Part shown: one piece after another, positions 26,463 through 39,832 of the stretch
Layout: every line of letters starts with the position of its first letter
Numbering within the stretch: the stretch's first letter is position 1
NCBI GenBank assembly: GCA_028534125.1
Contig: CM052817.1
Location: 10,914,001-10,978,000 of the forward strand
DNA length: 64,000 nucleotides
From: Lama glama
Taxonomy: Eukaryota
Direction: 5' to 3'
Made by a program: the position numbers and the translations under genes
The notes under the pieces: generated by a model
Database searches by the model: none
Told to the model about the DNA's origin: nothing
The model's input: the letters and a program-made list of their open reading frames with translations, nothing else

Positions 26463-29400
26463 AAAGTAGTGCTAAGAGGAAAATATAGCTGTAAATGTGT
26501 ATTTCAAAGTAAAAGAAAGATTTCAACTAGAAATAAAAAGAACTAACTAAACCCAAAGCTAGCAGAAGAAAGAAAAATAGATTAGAGCAGAAACCAGTGG
26601 AGTAGAAAATAGAAAAATAATAAAGAATATCTGCAAAACCAATTGTTGTTTCTTTCAAAAGGTTAACAAAGTTGACAAAGCTTTAGCTAGATTAACTAAT
26701 TAAAAAGGCGGAAAAGATTCAAAGATTCAAAATAGAAATGAAAGAGGGAAACTTTCAACCAAGTCTATGAACCTAAAAAGGATTATAAAAGAATGCCATG
26801 AAAAATTGTACAACAATTTTGGTAACCTAATGAAATAGACAAAGTCTTACACACACACAACCTACAAGACTGAATCATGAAGAAACAGAAAATATGAACA
26901 GATGTATAACTGTAAGGAGATTAAATTAGTAACTAAATACCTTCCAACAAAGAAAAGCCCAGGACCATATGGCTTCACTGGTAAATTCTACCAAACATTT
27001 AAAAAAGAATTAACACCAAATATCCTCAAAGTCTTCCCAGAAATTGAAGGGGAGGAAACGTTTCCAAATTTACTCTTTGAGGTCAGCATTATCCTAATAC
27101 TAAAGCCCAAAGATACTACAAGGAAAAAAAAAACATATAGGCCAATATCCCTGATGAATATTAATGCAAAATTACTCAACAAAACAGTAGTAGATAGTAT
27201 TCAACAGCACTTTAAAAGGATTTTACACCATGATTAAATGGAATTTACTCCTGGAATGCAAAGATGGCTCAATGTATAAAAATCAATCAATGTAATGTAT
27301 CACATTAACAGAATAAGGGTGGGGGAGAAACATATAATCATCTCAATTGATGCAACACCTATCCACAATTAAAAAAAAATTCAACAAACTAGGAATAGAA
27401 AGAAACTACTTCAAAGACCATTTACGAAAAATCCACAGGTAACATCATACTCAAAGGTAAAAAAGATTTTCCTAAAAATCAGGAACAAGATAAAGAAGGC
27501 TGTTTTGCCACTTCTATTCAACATACTATCAGAAGTCCTAGCCAGAGCTATTAGGCAAGAAAGGGAATAAAAATCATCCAGATTGGAAAAGAAGAAGTAA
27601 AATAATCTCTGCAGATGCCATAATCTTTTATGTAGAAATCCCTAAAGATTTCACCAAAAAAACTTATGGATACAAAATCAACATACAGAAATCATTTATG
27701 TTCATATCCATTAACAATGAACAATTTGGAGAGAAAATTAAGAAAACAATTGTATTCACAATAGCAGCGAAAAGGATAAAGTTCCTAGGATTAAAATTAA
27801 CCAAGGAGGTGAAAGACTCGTATGCTAAAAATTGCAAAACATAGCTGAAAGAATTTTAAAAGACATAACTAAATGGGAAGATATCCACATTCCTGGATTG
27901 AAAGACTTGATATTGTTAAGATGTCACTACTACACAAAACTATCTATAAATTTAACACAATGCGTATTAACTCCCAGTGACATTTTTTGCAGAAATAGAA
28001 AAATTTTCCAAAAATAAAAAATTTCATGCTAAAATCTTCGAGTCTCAAGAGACTAGCCAAACAATCTAAGAGAACAAAGTTGGCGTTCTCACATTTCCTA
28101 ATTTTAAATTTTATTACAAAACTATAGTAATCAGAACAGTGTTGTATTAGCATAAAGACAGGCATATAAACCAATGGAATAGAATAGAGAGCTCAGAAAT
28201 AAAGCCTTGTGTATATAATCAGATAATCTTTAACAAGGATGCCAAGATCACTCAATGGGAAAAGGACAGTCTTTTCAACAAATGGTGTTGAGAAAACTGG
28301 ATATCCACATGGGAAAGAATTAAATTGGACTCTTATGTTATGCCACATACAAAAAATTAACTCAAAATGGATCAAGGATCTAAATGTATGAGCTAAAGTA
28401 CAAAACTCTTAGAAGAAAATATAGGGGAAAACTGCATGACATTAGACTTTGCAAGGATTTCTTGGAAATGACACTGAAGGCACAGGCAATGAAAGTAAAA
28501 ACAGATCAACTGTACTATATTAGAATTCAAAAATTCTGCACATCAAAGGACACAATCAACAGGGTGAAAAGGCAACCTCCATAATTAGAGAAAACATTTA
28601 TAAATCATATATCTTATCAGGGTTTAATACCCAGGATATAAAGAACTCCTAAAACAATAATAAAAATACAAATAACCCAATTCATAAATGAGCAAAAGAC
28701 TTCAATAGACATTTCTTCAAAGAGGATATACAGATGACAACAAGCATATAAAAAGATACTCAACATCACTAATCACTGCAGAATGCTAATTAATATCACA
28801 ATGAGACATCACCTTATGCCTATTAAGATGACCACTAGAAAAAAAGTGTTGGTGAGGATGTGGAGAAATCGAAACTCTTGGGAATTGTTGTAGGAATGTA
28901 AAATGATAAGATCAAAACAGTATGGAGTCTCCTCAAAAAAATAAAAATAGAATCACTACATGATCCAGGAATCCCACTTCTTAGTGTATGTGTTAAAGAA
29001 TTGAAAGCAAGGTCATGAAGTGATATTTGCACACCCAAGTTCATAGCAGCTCTTTACAATAGCTTCAGAAGTGAGAGCAACTCAAATGTCCATCAGTGAA
29101 TAACTGAATATACAAAATGTGCTACATACCTACAACAAAATACTATCCAGCCTTAGAAAGGAAGGAAGTTCTGGTATGTGCAACTATACAGACAAATCTT
29201 AAGGATATTACATCAAGTGAAAAAAGCAGTCACAGAAAAACAAATACTTCATGATTCTACTTATATGAGACATCTAGTGTAGTCAAATTCATAGAAACAG
29301 AAAAAATGGTGGTTGCCAGAGGCTAAGGGGAGGAGGAAATGGAAAATTTTTGTTTAATGAGTATAGAGGTTCAGTTTTGCAATATGAAGAAATTTGTAGA

Positions 29401-29512
29401 TTGGTTGCAAGATAATGTGAATATACTTAACACTACTGAATTGTACATCTAAAAATGTTTAAGAGAGTAAATTTTATGTTATGCATTTTTCTACCAAAAT
29501 TAAAACTAAATA
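26463..29512 (+). mobile_element. Degenerate L1 (L1MA/MB) ORF2 + 3'UTR, ~3 kb
   Basis: ORF 26902-27237 LPTKKSPGPYGFTGKFYQTFK...YRPISLMNINAKLLNK is L1 ORF2; later 'SLFNKWC.ENW'; old-type 3'UTR; many frameshifts. Confidence 0.95.
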
Positions 29513-29514
29513 CT

Positions 29515-29655
29515 AAAAAATAGGTCATCCAATTAAAGTTAAACTTCAGATAAATACTGTCAGTAATTTTTAGCATGAATGTGTCCCAAATCTTGTATAG
29601 AATATATTTATACTAAAAAATTATTTATTATTATCAGAAATACAAATTTAACTCT
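29515..29655 (+). mobile_element. hAT MITE (MER53-like), right part
   Basis: 'ccaattaaagttaaacttcagataaa...tgtgtcccaaat...tttatactaaaaaattattt...tcagaaatacaaatttaact' palindromic MER53-type body. Confidence 0.65.
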
Positions 29656-30104
29656 TCTATAAAACACACAAAATTGCATAAAATACCATTTTCATGTATA
29701 ATAAGGAACTAATTATTAGTAAATAGAGTTAAGGGTTACAAAAACTGGTTTTTTATAAACTAGAAAAGGCAACAATTTTAATTTACTGAAAACTTGAATC
29801 TATTATTCTACCCTGCCATCTGGGTACAAAATTTATAAGTTTTTATAGGGAAAGAAGTTATATATCAGAGAAAGAACGTACATAAATAACTGAAATTTCT
29901 GTAATTTGAAAGAACCAACTGTCTTCATCCAGGAGGTATCAGTATTGTTTTAAATTAGTTATGACTTTCAGTTGCTGCTCTCATTAACTGTTAAGATGTA
30001 AATCACTGTAAATTTAACAATTATAATATAGTATGTTGAGGACTCTTGTAAGTCCCAGATTATGTAGCAATATACATATCTGTCAAAAAATACTCTAGAA
30101 TGAG

Positions 30105-31435
30105 TTGGGGGTGAGGAATTAGATGAAGGTGGTCAAAAGGTACAAACTTTCAGTTATGAGTAAGTACAGGAGATGTAATGTATCATGTGATAACTGTAGT
30201 TAACATTTCTGTACAGCATATTTGCAGGTTATTGAGAGAGGAAAAATTTTTGCATGTTTCCTTTATTTTCTTTTTTTTTTAGTATCTAAATGAGATGATG
30301 AATGTTAACCAAACATTGTGGTAATCATTTCACAATATATGCAAGTCAAGTCATTATGCTCTATGCCTTTATATATATATTTTATTGAAGTATAGTCAGT
30401 TTGTAATGTTGTGTCAATTTCTGGTGTACAGTATAATGCTTCAGTCATACATGAATATACATATATTTGTTTTCGTATTCTTTTTCACCATAAGTTACTA
30501 CATGATATTGAATATAGTTCCCTGTGCTATACAGTATGAATTTGTTGTTTATCTATTTTATATATATTAGTTAGTATCTGCAGATCTCAAACTCCCAATT
30601 TATCCCTTCCCACCCCCTTCCCCCTGGTAACCATAAATTTGTTTTCTGTATCTGAGTCTGTTTCTGTTTTGTAAGTAAATTTGTTTGTCTTTTTAAATTT
30701 TGTTTAGATTCCACACATAAGTGACATCATATGGTATTTTTCTTTCTCTTTCTGGCTTACTTCACTTAGCATGATGATCTCCAGGTCCATCCAGGTTGTT
30801 GCAAATGGTATTATTTTATTCTTTTTTATGGCTGAATAGTATTCTGTTGCATAAATATACCACAACTTCTTTATCCAGTCATCTGTTGATGGACATTTAA
30901 GTTGTTTACATGTCTTGGCTATTGTAAATAGTGCTGCTATGAACACTGGGGTGCATGTATCTTTTCAAATTAAGGTTCCCTCTGGATATATGCCCAGAAT
31001 TGGTATTGCTGGATCATATGGTAAGTCTATTTTTAGTCTTTTGAGGAATCTCCATATTATTTTCCATACGGCAGCACCAAACTACATTCCCACCAACAGT
31101 GTAGGAGGGTTCCCTTTCCTCCACAGCCTCTCCAGCATTTATTGTTTGTGGACTTTGAATGATGGTCATTCTGACTGGTGGGAGATGGATAACTCACTGA
31201 AGTTTTGATTTGCATTTCTCTAATAATTAGTAGTATTGAGCATTGCTTCATGTGCTCATTGGCTATTTGTACATCTTCATTGGAGAACTGCTTGTTTAGG
31301 TCCTCTGCCCATTGGGTTGTTTGTTTTTTTCCTTATTAAGTTGTATGAGCTGTTTATGCTCTATACCTTAAACTTATACAGTGCTATATGTCAACTGCAT
31401 AAATAAAACTAAAATTTATCTCAATAAAACTGAAA
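30105..31435 (+). mobile_element. Old L1MA 3' end split by a younger antisense L1
   Basis: 'gaaggtggtcaaaaggtacaaactttcagtta...caagtcattatgct' resumes after 31353 as 'ctataccttaaacttatacagtgctatatgtcaa...tatctcaataaaactg'. Confidence 0.8.
30370..31353 (-). mobile_element. Young 5'-truncated L1
   Basis: ORF 30704-30946 MFIAALFTIAKT...; 16-bp TSD ttatgctctatgcctt (30354-30369) / ttatgctctatacctt (31354-31369). Confidence 0.93.
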
Positions 31436-32013
31436 TTACAAACAAAAGAATATTCTAGGACTCTACTTTCCAAGAGCTATGTGTTGCATATAGTAAATGC
31501 TCAAATATTTATTGATGTTGAATAAATGTACTAAGTATGTTATGAATATTGTCACATTCAATTAAAGACCATCTGTAAATAAGCAAGCTAAGGTTTAGAA
31601 AGGTCAGGCTATTTGGCCATGGTTACATGCCTACTAAGTCTCAGAGTTAGGACTAGAGCTCTCTGATGCCAGAAACCCAGCTGTCTCTTCACCATACACC
31701 ACATGTAATTATGAGAACAAATGCTAAAACCAGTGGCTACGTAACTACACACACCTTTCTTTTGGAATTTATTCTTGGAGTGGAATCTCTGTGTTGGTAT
31801 AGATTTATTTTTTTATTGAAAAGTAGGATTAAATATAGTAGGAGGGTTTCTTAGCCTCCCTCATTAGACTATGATGAAAAGTGCTTGAGAACCAAATATT
31901 TAGAGACCCAAGTACCTTTGTGTATCTTGAGATCATTTTGCTATATATGCCAAATATTTGTTATGTGTCGGCACTCTGCTGAGAAAGACATCCAGAAAAA
32001 ATGACCTTTGACT

Positions 32014-32146
32014 GGGGTAACCATATATCTGGGTTTCCAAGGGCAGTCTGTTTTAAACTTGCTGCCCCCAAGTGGTTATTTATAGTGCCTCTCATTTCAT
32101 CGTCTCAAAAAGTTCTGGCCTGGATGATATATTATACGGTCACTTT
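32014..32146 (-). mobile_element. hAT-Blackjack MITE (MER94-like)
   Basis: Termini 'ggggtaaccatat' ... 'atacggtcactt'; ~130 bp; similar to 54218-54346. Confidence 0.65.
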
Positions 32147-32524
32147 ACCTGTAGTAGGACTTCAAGAGACTTTCACAATCATTCGGTAAAAGAAGATTAA
32201 CATTAGAAAAAATTCACTAATTCCTCTTTGTCTATGGTGGTAGCCTCCCTAATGTCTCCGAATGATCTCTGTCTGCTGGTACCCATGTCTTTGTGTATCC
32301 CCTCTCTTAGAGTGTGGACTAGACCTGGCAATTTGCTTCTAAAGAACGGAATGCAGCAAAAGTTATAACAATATAAGAAAATATGATTTTAAAAAAATCT
32401 GTTTGCAGCCTTTTAGGACAATCATTCCACCTCACCATAGAAATATGAATATGCATAATATAATAGTGATTATAAATAATCCCCAGGTTTATGTGGGATC
32501 ACAGTAATCATGCAGTTTGGGACA

Positions 32525-32986
32525 TACAACAAATGACCAAAAACTTAGTGGCTTGAAACACTGTGAACTGATTGTCTTCCAGGTCTAGAGGTCAGAAGTC
32601 TGGCACTGGGCTGCAGTTGAGACACTGGCAGGGCTACATTTCCTTTCTCAAGGCTCTAAGGGATAATCCATTTCCACTGCAATTTCCAGCTTCTAAAGTC
32701 CACCTGCATCCCTTGGCTTCTGGCCCCTTCCTCACCATCAGAGTCCTTTCCTCATTGCATCACTCTGACCTCCTCTTCTGCCTCTTTCTTCCACTTTTAA
32801 GGACCTATTTACCTTGGGTCCCCCAGACAATACAGGACAATCTGTATTTTAAGGTCAGCCAATTATCAAATTTAATTCCCATCCAACACTTTAATTCTTC
32901 CTTTGTCCTGGAACATGACAAATTTACAGGTTCTGGGGACTGTGACTTGACCATTTGGAAGGGGGTCATTATTCTGCCTACCACAA
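32525..32986 (-). mobile_element. MaLR LTR (MLT1D-like)
   Basis: 'aacaaatgaccaaaaacttagtggcttgaaacac...tttggaagggggtcattattctgcctaccaca'. Confidence 0.8.
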
Positions 32987-35900
32987 CTGTGTTTTCCAAA
33001 GTATGTTTTGGAGAACACCAGTTTAGTGAGATGGAATGAGGAAAGAGTTCCATGGGAAAATATATTTGGAAATGGCTGCATCCCACAACTCAGTCTTGGA
33101 ACTTCACAAGAAAGTTTTGCAATGAAGAAACCTGGCCAACTAACTGGAAGATACAACCCACTTTTTCTCAAAGCAGCTGGAACATTCAAGTGTTCCACAG
33201 AAGATCATGTCCTGGGACACTGCAGAGCTTCTGTATTCTGGCCTCTGTTTGCCATTATTTTTCACTGTGCGATCCTGAACCAGCCCTGCAACCCCCTCTA
33301 CTAAGTGAGGGGAGGATGTGACCCAGATGCCATCTACCCCACTATTTTGTTTCCTAGGATGACAAAAAAAAGTTCCCTTCCAAACCTGAGATTCTATGAA
33401 TCACTTCAGCAAATACTTAACACACATTACTCTGCAGGTAGGAACTGAGTTCAGTTTGGGGAATAAAATGATAGTAAAATGAGGTCCTTCTCTCCAGGAG
33501 ATGATTCTCCAGTGAGGGACAAGGCATGAAACGAAACCCTATTAACATACACGACAGGTGCCCTAACAGAGTTAAATACAGAGTGCAGAAGCTTCATGGA
33601 AGATGGGTGGCCAGCTCCCCTGGAGAAGGCGGGCCAAGATGGAATTTGTATTTTAAAGGGTGGCAGGAGCTCACCTGAGAGGGAAAGAAAGTGTGAGGGA
33701 TTCTAAATGAGAGAGTTCTTATGCTAATTTAGAAACCATACTTGCAATGTGCTTTCAGTGGACTCCGTTGTATCATTCAAGCCAAAGGATGGGACCTGGA
33801 TTCAGATCCACAAGAAATTCTCTTTTCCCCTCATTAATATTCACCAGACAATTTCTGCCTGAATGTCCCACAGAGAGCACAACTTCCCAGCATCATCAGG
33901 GCCCTTCGGGAAACAGACATAAACAATTGTCCCATTCCAGGAACACCCTAGCCTTTCTCTGGGACTAAGAAAATAACAGACGTGATTTATTTGGGCTAAA
34001 AAATTTGCACCAAATTATAGATCTTGCTTTCCCCGTCCTAAGGGCCTTTTCATGTTTATTTTCAGGGAAGGTGTATTATGCTTTTGCTCTGAGCCTTTTG
34101 TCAACAGCGTGACCAAGAGAGCATGAGTGTTTCTAAGTTAGCTTTGCCTCTTGCATGACTAGCAGAGAAAGTCATGCAGGTTGGATATCTGTGCATTAAC
34201 AAGAATACAGGAGTACATTTATCGCTTTAATTTGGACCCTTTTTTTCACCTAGTTTCATTTACAGCTGTGGGATTTTCATGGAAGGCTACCCAGATTTAG
34301 CTGTTGTTGCCATTGTTTCTAAGAACAGCGGGAAAGAATCAAAAGGGCAATAAGAAACTGTGCCCTTATGTAGAAAACTCAGCCAAATGAATAAGTACGA
34401 ACATAATAATGATAGCACTTACCCAAAGAGCTAGACTTCAAAAGCAGACCTGGTATATCTCCAAGGAAATGGGGACAAAAGCAAAACATGAGGGGGCTAA
34501 TGATTGCTACACTGATGCTTTGTGCCAAGTATCGTGTTAGACACTTTCCTTACTTTATTTAATCCCAAGGCAGTTCTTTGCCGTTGGCCAAACTCCGGTA
34601 AACCTGTCCCTAGCGAGACCATCACACAAGTCTGTAAATGCAAACAGGCTCAGATCAATATTAATACTTATCATGTAAAGCATGCAGGCCCTTCTGCGCC
34701 CTTTCTATGGGATCTTTAGGTTGCTGGAGTGTCTCCTCTAAGCTCACAGCATCCTTCTCAAGCTCTAGGCACTCCATGAAAACCCTTGAAGTTGGCGCAT
34801 CATCTCAGGCCCCCTCTACTGGCTAAAACTGGTATTCCTGCCAAGCATATCACCCTGTGGGACTCTCCAAATTATCAGCCCTTAAATTGTCACAATAGGC
34901 CTTGTTTTCTGCTGTCCTCACTACACCATGGCCATGCTGAGCTCCATGCAGAATTGCAGAGAATGTCCCTGGTGGTCCACTCACCAGGCATCTCACTTTG
35001 ACTCTGGGCCCCAAAGAAGAACCTTCAGGGCTGTGATGAAAACATCCCCTCAGCTTCTGGCCATCATCACCTCCAGTTTAGACACAGCCTTAAAGCTGAG
35101 CTTAAAGACCATCCTCTAAAACAAGCTTCGTTTTTCCCTTTCCACATCCAGGCACTTGCAAAAACCTCTACTCTGTTCTCCTCAGATCAAAATCCCTCAT
35201 GCCAAGTGATTCCTAGCAGGACAGACCCATGAATTCATCTCTGAATGCCAACTTTTGCTTACATGGGATGCCAGCAATAGAAAGTGAAGTGAGACACCTA
35301 AGCTTTAGAAAGGTTAATAAATTGACCCAGCTGGTAAAGGTTGGAGTTGAAATTGATGTGAAAATTGTGTGTCTTTATATAGGAAAACAGTCTTTACTTT
35401 TTAGAAATGAATGCTGAAGTACTTATGGCTGAAATGACATTATCTCTGTAATTTGCTTTAAATTTCAAGACAAAGATGTACAATCAACATGGAAAAATAT
35501 AAACAATGCTTAAATCTACAGGCTAGGTATATGAGAGTTCATTGTATTCTTCTCTCTACTGTTTGACATTTGTTCTAATTATTTTTAAAAATATGGATGC
35601 TCAGCATGGCTTTAGGTTCTGGAAAAGAGGGACACTCCCCTTCCTTGGCTGCTTTAAAAACCTAATGTCACCATCAGGGCATCCTGGGACATTACTGCTA
35701 TGAGAGCTTCCAGCATTGTCAAGCCCACGTTTTGCTAAGTTGACGAGGAGAAATGGAACTCCAGAGAGGCAAAACAACTTCTGCCAAATCACACAGCTCT
35801 TAGGTGGGTGATCTAGGAGCAGAAATCAGATTTCCTGAATGAACTTCCAGCCCCTCTCCACTGTATCCAGCATTCAACAGCCTTGCAGCCTCTGAGCTCT

Positions 35901-37259
35901 TAGACAAAGACAGAAGCGGAGTCCGATCTGTAGAAGCTTTGCCCTCAGTCCCACTTAGACTGGCTGGTTCAAGGCAGAGTTGGGTGGGGCACAGGCATTT
36001 GCCAAGATAGTGTGTGACCGCACAAAAGGAAACACAGCATGTGAGAGTATACACTTGAATGAGGAAGAGGACCTTTGAAAGTCCCTGTTGGATTTCTTCC
36101 TCCTAATGACAGAGTGAAAAGAGGCAGGCTTTGGGGTCGGACTGAGCATTCAGCCCCTTTTCTATGAGAGTCACTTAATTTCCCTGATTGTCTGTTTCTT
36201 TGTATATAAAATGGAAATAGCAATATAAAGGGGGACCTTGGAAAAAGGAACTGACATCAGAAACGATAGCACATAGTAGATGTTAAATAAATTCTATTTC
36301 TGTCCCTTTGCCTTTCCCTTATCCCAATGATGAGATCCACTTAAAATGAAAAGAAGACCCTGTGTATCTTATCTATCGGCAGACATTTAATAACTTCTGT
36401 TCTCCTGCTGTGCACATTTTCTCACATTTCCTTTGCCTAGAGAAACATTTGGTTATCAAAATATGCACCTCATATTAGCTCAGGAAACCAAAAAAACGGG
36501 GGGGGGGCAAAAAGATCTTCATTCTGTTGCTGCAATAAATGTTTCCTTCTCTAGTGATAATCAACTCTGCATAATTAAAATCGCTCAGACTGCTGAACTA
36601 ATTTTCAGACTGGAGGTTTCCTCCTGTAGCAACACTTACAAGCAAAGTTTCTACTGTGAATGAATTTAATCGTGAGTCTAATTACAATTTTAATGAATAT
36701 CTCCAGCCCTGCATGTAAACTTGCTCTCTGAGGCTTTGCTATCTGTTAGGGTATTTTAAGGTCTTTTCATTTTTAATATAAAAGAATGTGTTGGCACAAC
36801 GAACGCGCAGTAAAGAAATGTTCTTTCTGATTCAGTTTGGTTTTGTTTTGATGATCAAGTGAGAAAATGTAAGATGTCTGATATTTTAAAGAGCGTTTTC
36901 CGTTTGGGCTTTTCACCTTTAGTTTTTATGTGAAGTATCCTTTTTTTTCTTAAGGATGGAGAGCGCACGCACCACCACCTGCATCCCATTTGCAATTTGG
37001 CGTGATTATCTCATTTCACAAATGTCCAGAAAATCAGAATTCCAATTTGCCTTAGCACTCAATCTATTTTGGAAACACAAGGACATTTTATAAAGAGGTA
37101 GAAAAGAGGGAATGTGAATGTTCCTTAAAAATATATTGAAAAAGAAAGACAAACACAAAATTAAAAACAGTCACACTGAGTAGCTCAAGTAATCAAAGAT
37201 GCCTTTCTAAGAAAAAACAAATAAACAAACAAAACTCTACTTCATCAAAGTCCGCATTT

Positions 37260-37665
37260 TTTAATAATGAATAAAAACTGGAAACCACCTAATATCCAAA
37301 AATAGATAAATGGTGAAATAGTCGTCATGTGACACAATGTCTTTTCTCTCTTTTGATTTTTATTTTTATTACAGAAATAATACATGTTCATTTAAAAAAA
37401 TCAAATACAGGCAATTAAAAAGATTTTTTAAAATACATCACCTGTGATCTCACAACCTAGAATTAGATATTTTTAAAACTGATGTATCCTCTTCCAGATT
37501 TTTACATATGTGTATATATTCTTTATATACACATAATACACACATATATATATGCCTGCACATGCACATATATACTATACAAAAATGGGTTCATATCGCA
37601 TTTACTGCTCTGTAATCTGCTTTTATCATTTAATAACGTGTTGTAAACAACTTTCCATGCTAATG
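37260..37665. mobile_element. Old L1ME 3' fragments
   Basis: 'aaaaactggaaaccacctaatatcca' and antisense 'tgtatccttccagatttt...aaaaatgggttcata...ctctgtaatctgctttt'. Confidence 0.55.
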
Positions 37666-39107
37666 TGTTTATGAGACATCAAAACAGATGGCAGAAGTGC
37701 AAGCCTGCCATGTGTCCTACAGCAAACTGGTGGTGGTCCCATTTCTCTCTCACGGCCACATGGTTGGGAGCCTGCGTTCTGCTCTTGCAGCTGCCTCTGC
37801 CCGGAAGCCCCCTTCCTGCCTCTTCCCCTTACTCCTTAGGCTGGCTGTAAGCCCCACCTTTGCGTTGCCTTAGGACTGGGGACTTACAGCTAGGAGAATC
37901 GTATCCATCAGCTCAGCATCCTTGGATCTGTGAGACCACTAGCACATGACCCTGGAGGGAGAAATGAAACAGAGACTGCAGGGAAAGGAAGGGAATGGAC
38001 ATAGTCTTGGCCATTGGAGAGATCAAGTGCTGGGTGTTCTCTCGTCCACCACCACTTCATCCTCACAGTCATGTCATGAGGTTGCGAGCATCTCCATTTA
38101 TATGGATGTGGAAACCAAGGGCAAACGCCACATCTCCAGGATCCCAAATGGTTTTGTAAACCCCACCCCACCCCACCCTGCAGCTTTAAAGCCGATAAGA
38201 TCGCACTGTAGTTTGTAACACTCACCCCCAGCCCCTGACACCGCCAGGACCTCTGCCCTCCAGCCCCGGAATCCTGGCTGTGTCTGTGCCATCTTCACAG
38301 CGTGGACTCTTGCGGACCCTGCCTCTCTGGTGTCACTAGCTTCTAACGGACGTGCAGTCCGGGAATAGTCTACTCGTACTCCCATGAGCATCCCGAAGCT
38401 GCAAGCGAGACTGAGCAGGAGAATTCTGGCTTCTATTTTGGGAGGAATGGACTTCACAGAGTGGAATTTTCAAATAGATGAAGGGTGTTCAAAGGCCCCA
38501 TAGGTACAACTCGAGTAGTTAATGTCTACCGTTGCAGGAAGGATGACTCATCTTCCAGAAAAGACTGCTTTGTGTGTTTGCAAGACAGGTATTCATTCGT
38601 AAGTTAACAGCTGCAAATAAGTGAACCCTGAATGGTTTAGGGTCTCTAAACTGCCCAAGTCTTTAAGATTTGGGGGAGTTTTATTCTAGAAAATCAACGT
38701 TTTGTTTTTTTTTTTACTTTAAGCTCTAACTGCTTCTCTTCTGGACTTCAGTCATCCCCAAGTCCTGAACGTTAGTTTCTTTGTATATAACACAATTATG
38801 TGCTATTGAGAGAAATAATCTTGTCCAAATCCTCCCACTCCTTCCTCCACATGTTTATCTTGACCCTGACTTTCCCTCACCACTCCCCAACAGAGCCATA
38901 TGTGAGGGATTATTCTAGAACATGAGGAAGGAATGCAGGCCACCCCAAAACAAGGGAAGGGCATGGGAAACTTCCTTCTAGAAGTATTTGTCCTTCTAGG
39001 GCCCTAAAAATGCACCAGATGAAGAAAGAGCTGGGGGTTAAAACCCAGCTCTTCTTGGTTTCATGCTATAGTTTGAGGAAAAATAAAAATTAAAAAAAAT
39101 TTAATTA

Positions 39108-39245
39108 GGAGGGAGGACATAGCTCACGGTAGAGCACATGCTTAGCATGCACAAGGTCCTGGGTTCAATCCCCAGTACCTCCATTAATAAATTAATAAAT
39201 TAATTAAAGCCTAAATACCTTCCCCCGTAAAATATTTAAATTAAT
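39108..39245 (+). mobile_element. tRNA-derived camelid SINE (Vic-1-like)
   Basis: 'ggagggaggacatagctcacggtagagcacatgcttagcatgcacaaggtcctgggttcaatccccagtacctcc' plus AT-rich tail; homologous to the 11628 copy. Confidence 0.9.
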
Positions 39246-39694
39246 AAAATACGTATACACATGTGGAAGATGGAAAAGAAATGGAAAAAATACTTTTAAA
39301 AAGGAACTTCTATTTTATTAAATCATTTTGCTGCTCTCCCTAAAACCATAAATTCTAGGAAAAAGCCAACAAGTTGTTTCTGGATGAGGTTTGATTCTTT
39401 TAAGGGTGAATGTGAGTCTAATAAAATGGAGAAAGGAATAAAATTAAGGCCCCTAAATCTAGGAAGAATGGGGAAAGCAAATAACACAGTAAAAAATGCA
39501 GAATGCTTTGACCCCAGCCAACAGTGTAGAAAACTTAGATGTGATTAAAAAATACATGTTAAGACAAAAAGTACCTGATATTACTAACATTGCAAATTTC
39601 CAAGCTACTGAAATCCTTTCTTTAAGTATATATTTTTTTAAGTTTGGAACTGTCATGTATATGGACAATAAGAGAAGCCCAAAAATTTATTTCA

Positions 39695-39832
39695 GATGTG
39701 GCAAAAAAAGAGGCAAGGGGCTTCGTGGAGAAACTGAACAGAAATCAATCAAGAGGTCCAGATGGCATGAATCCTCGGGTCTTGAAGGAACTAGATAATG
39801 AACTTTGTGAATCATTGCCATTATTTGTGTAA
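39695..39832 (+). mobile_element. Ancient CR1-clade LINE ORF2 fragment (pre-RT region)
   Basis: Translates EKLNRNQSRGPDGMNPRVLKELDNELCESL, matching the CR1 motif KL.V.KS.GPDGIHPRVLKELA..IA.PL. Confidence 0.8.
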
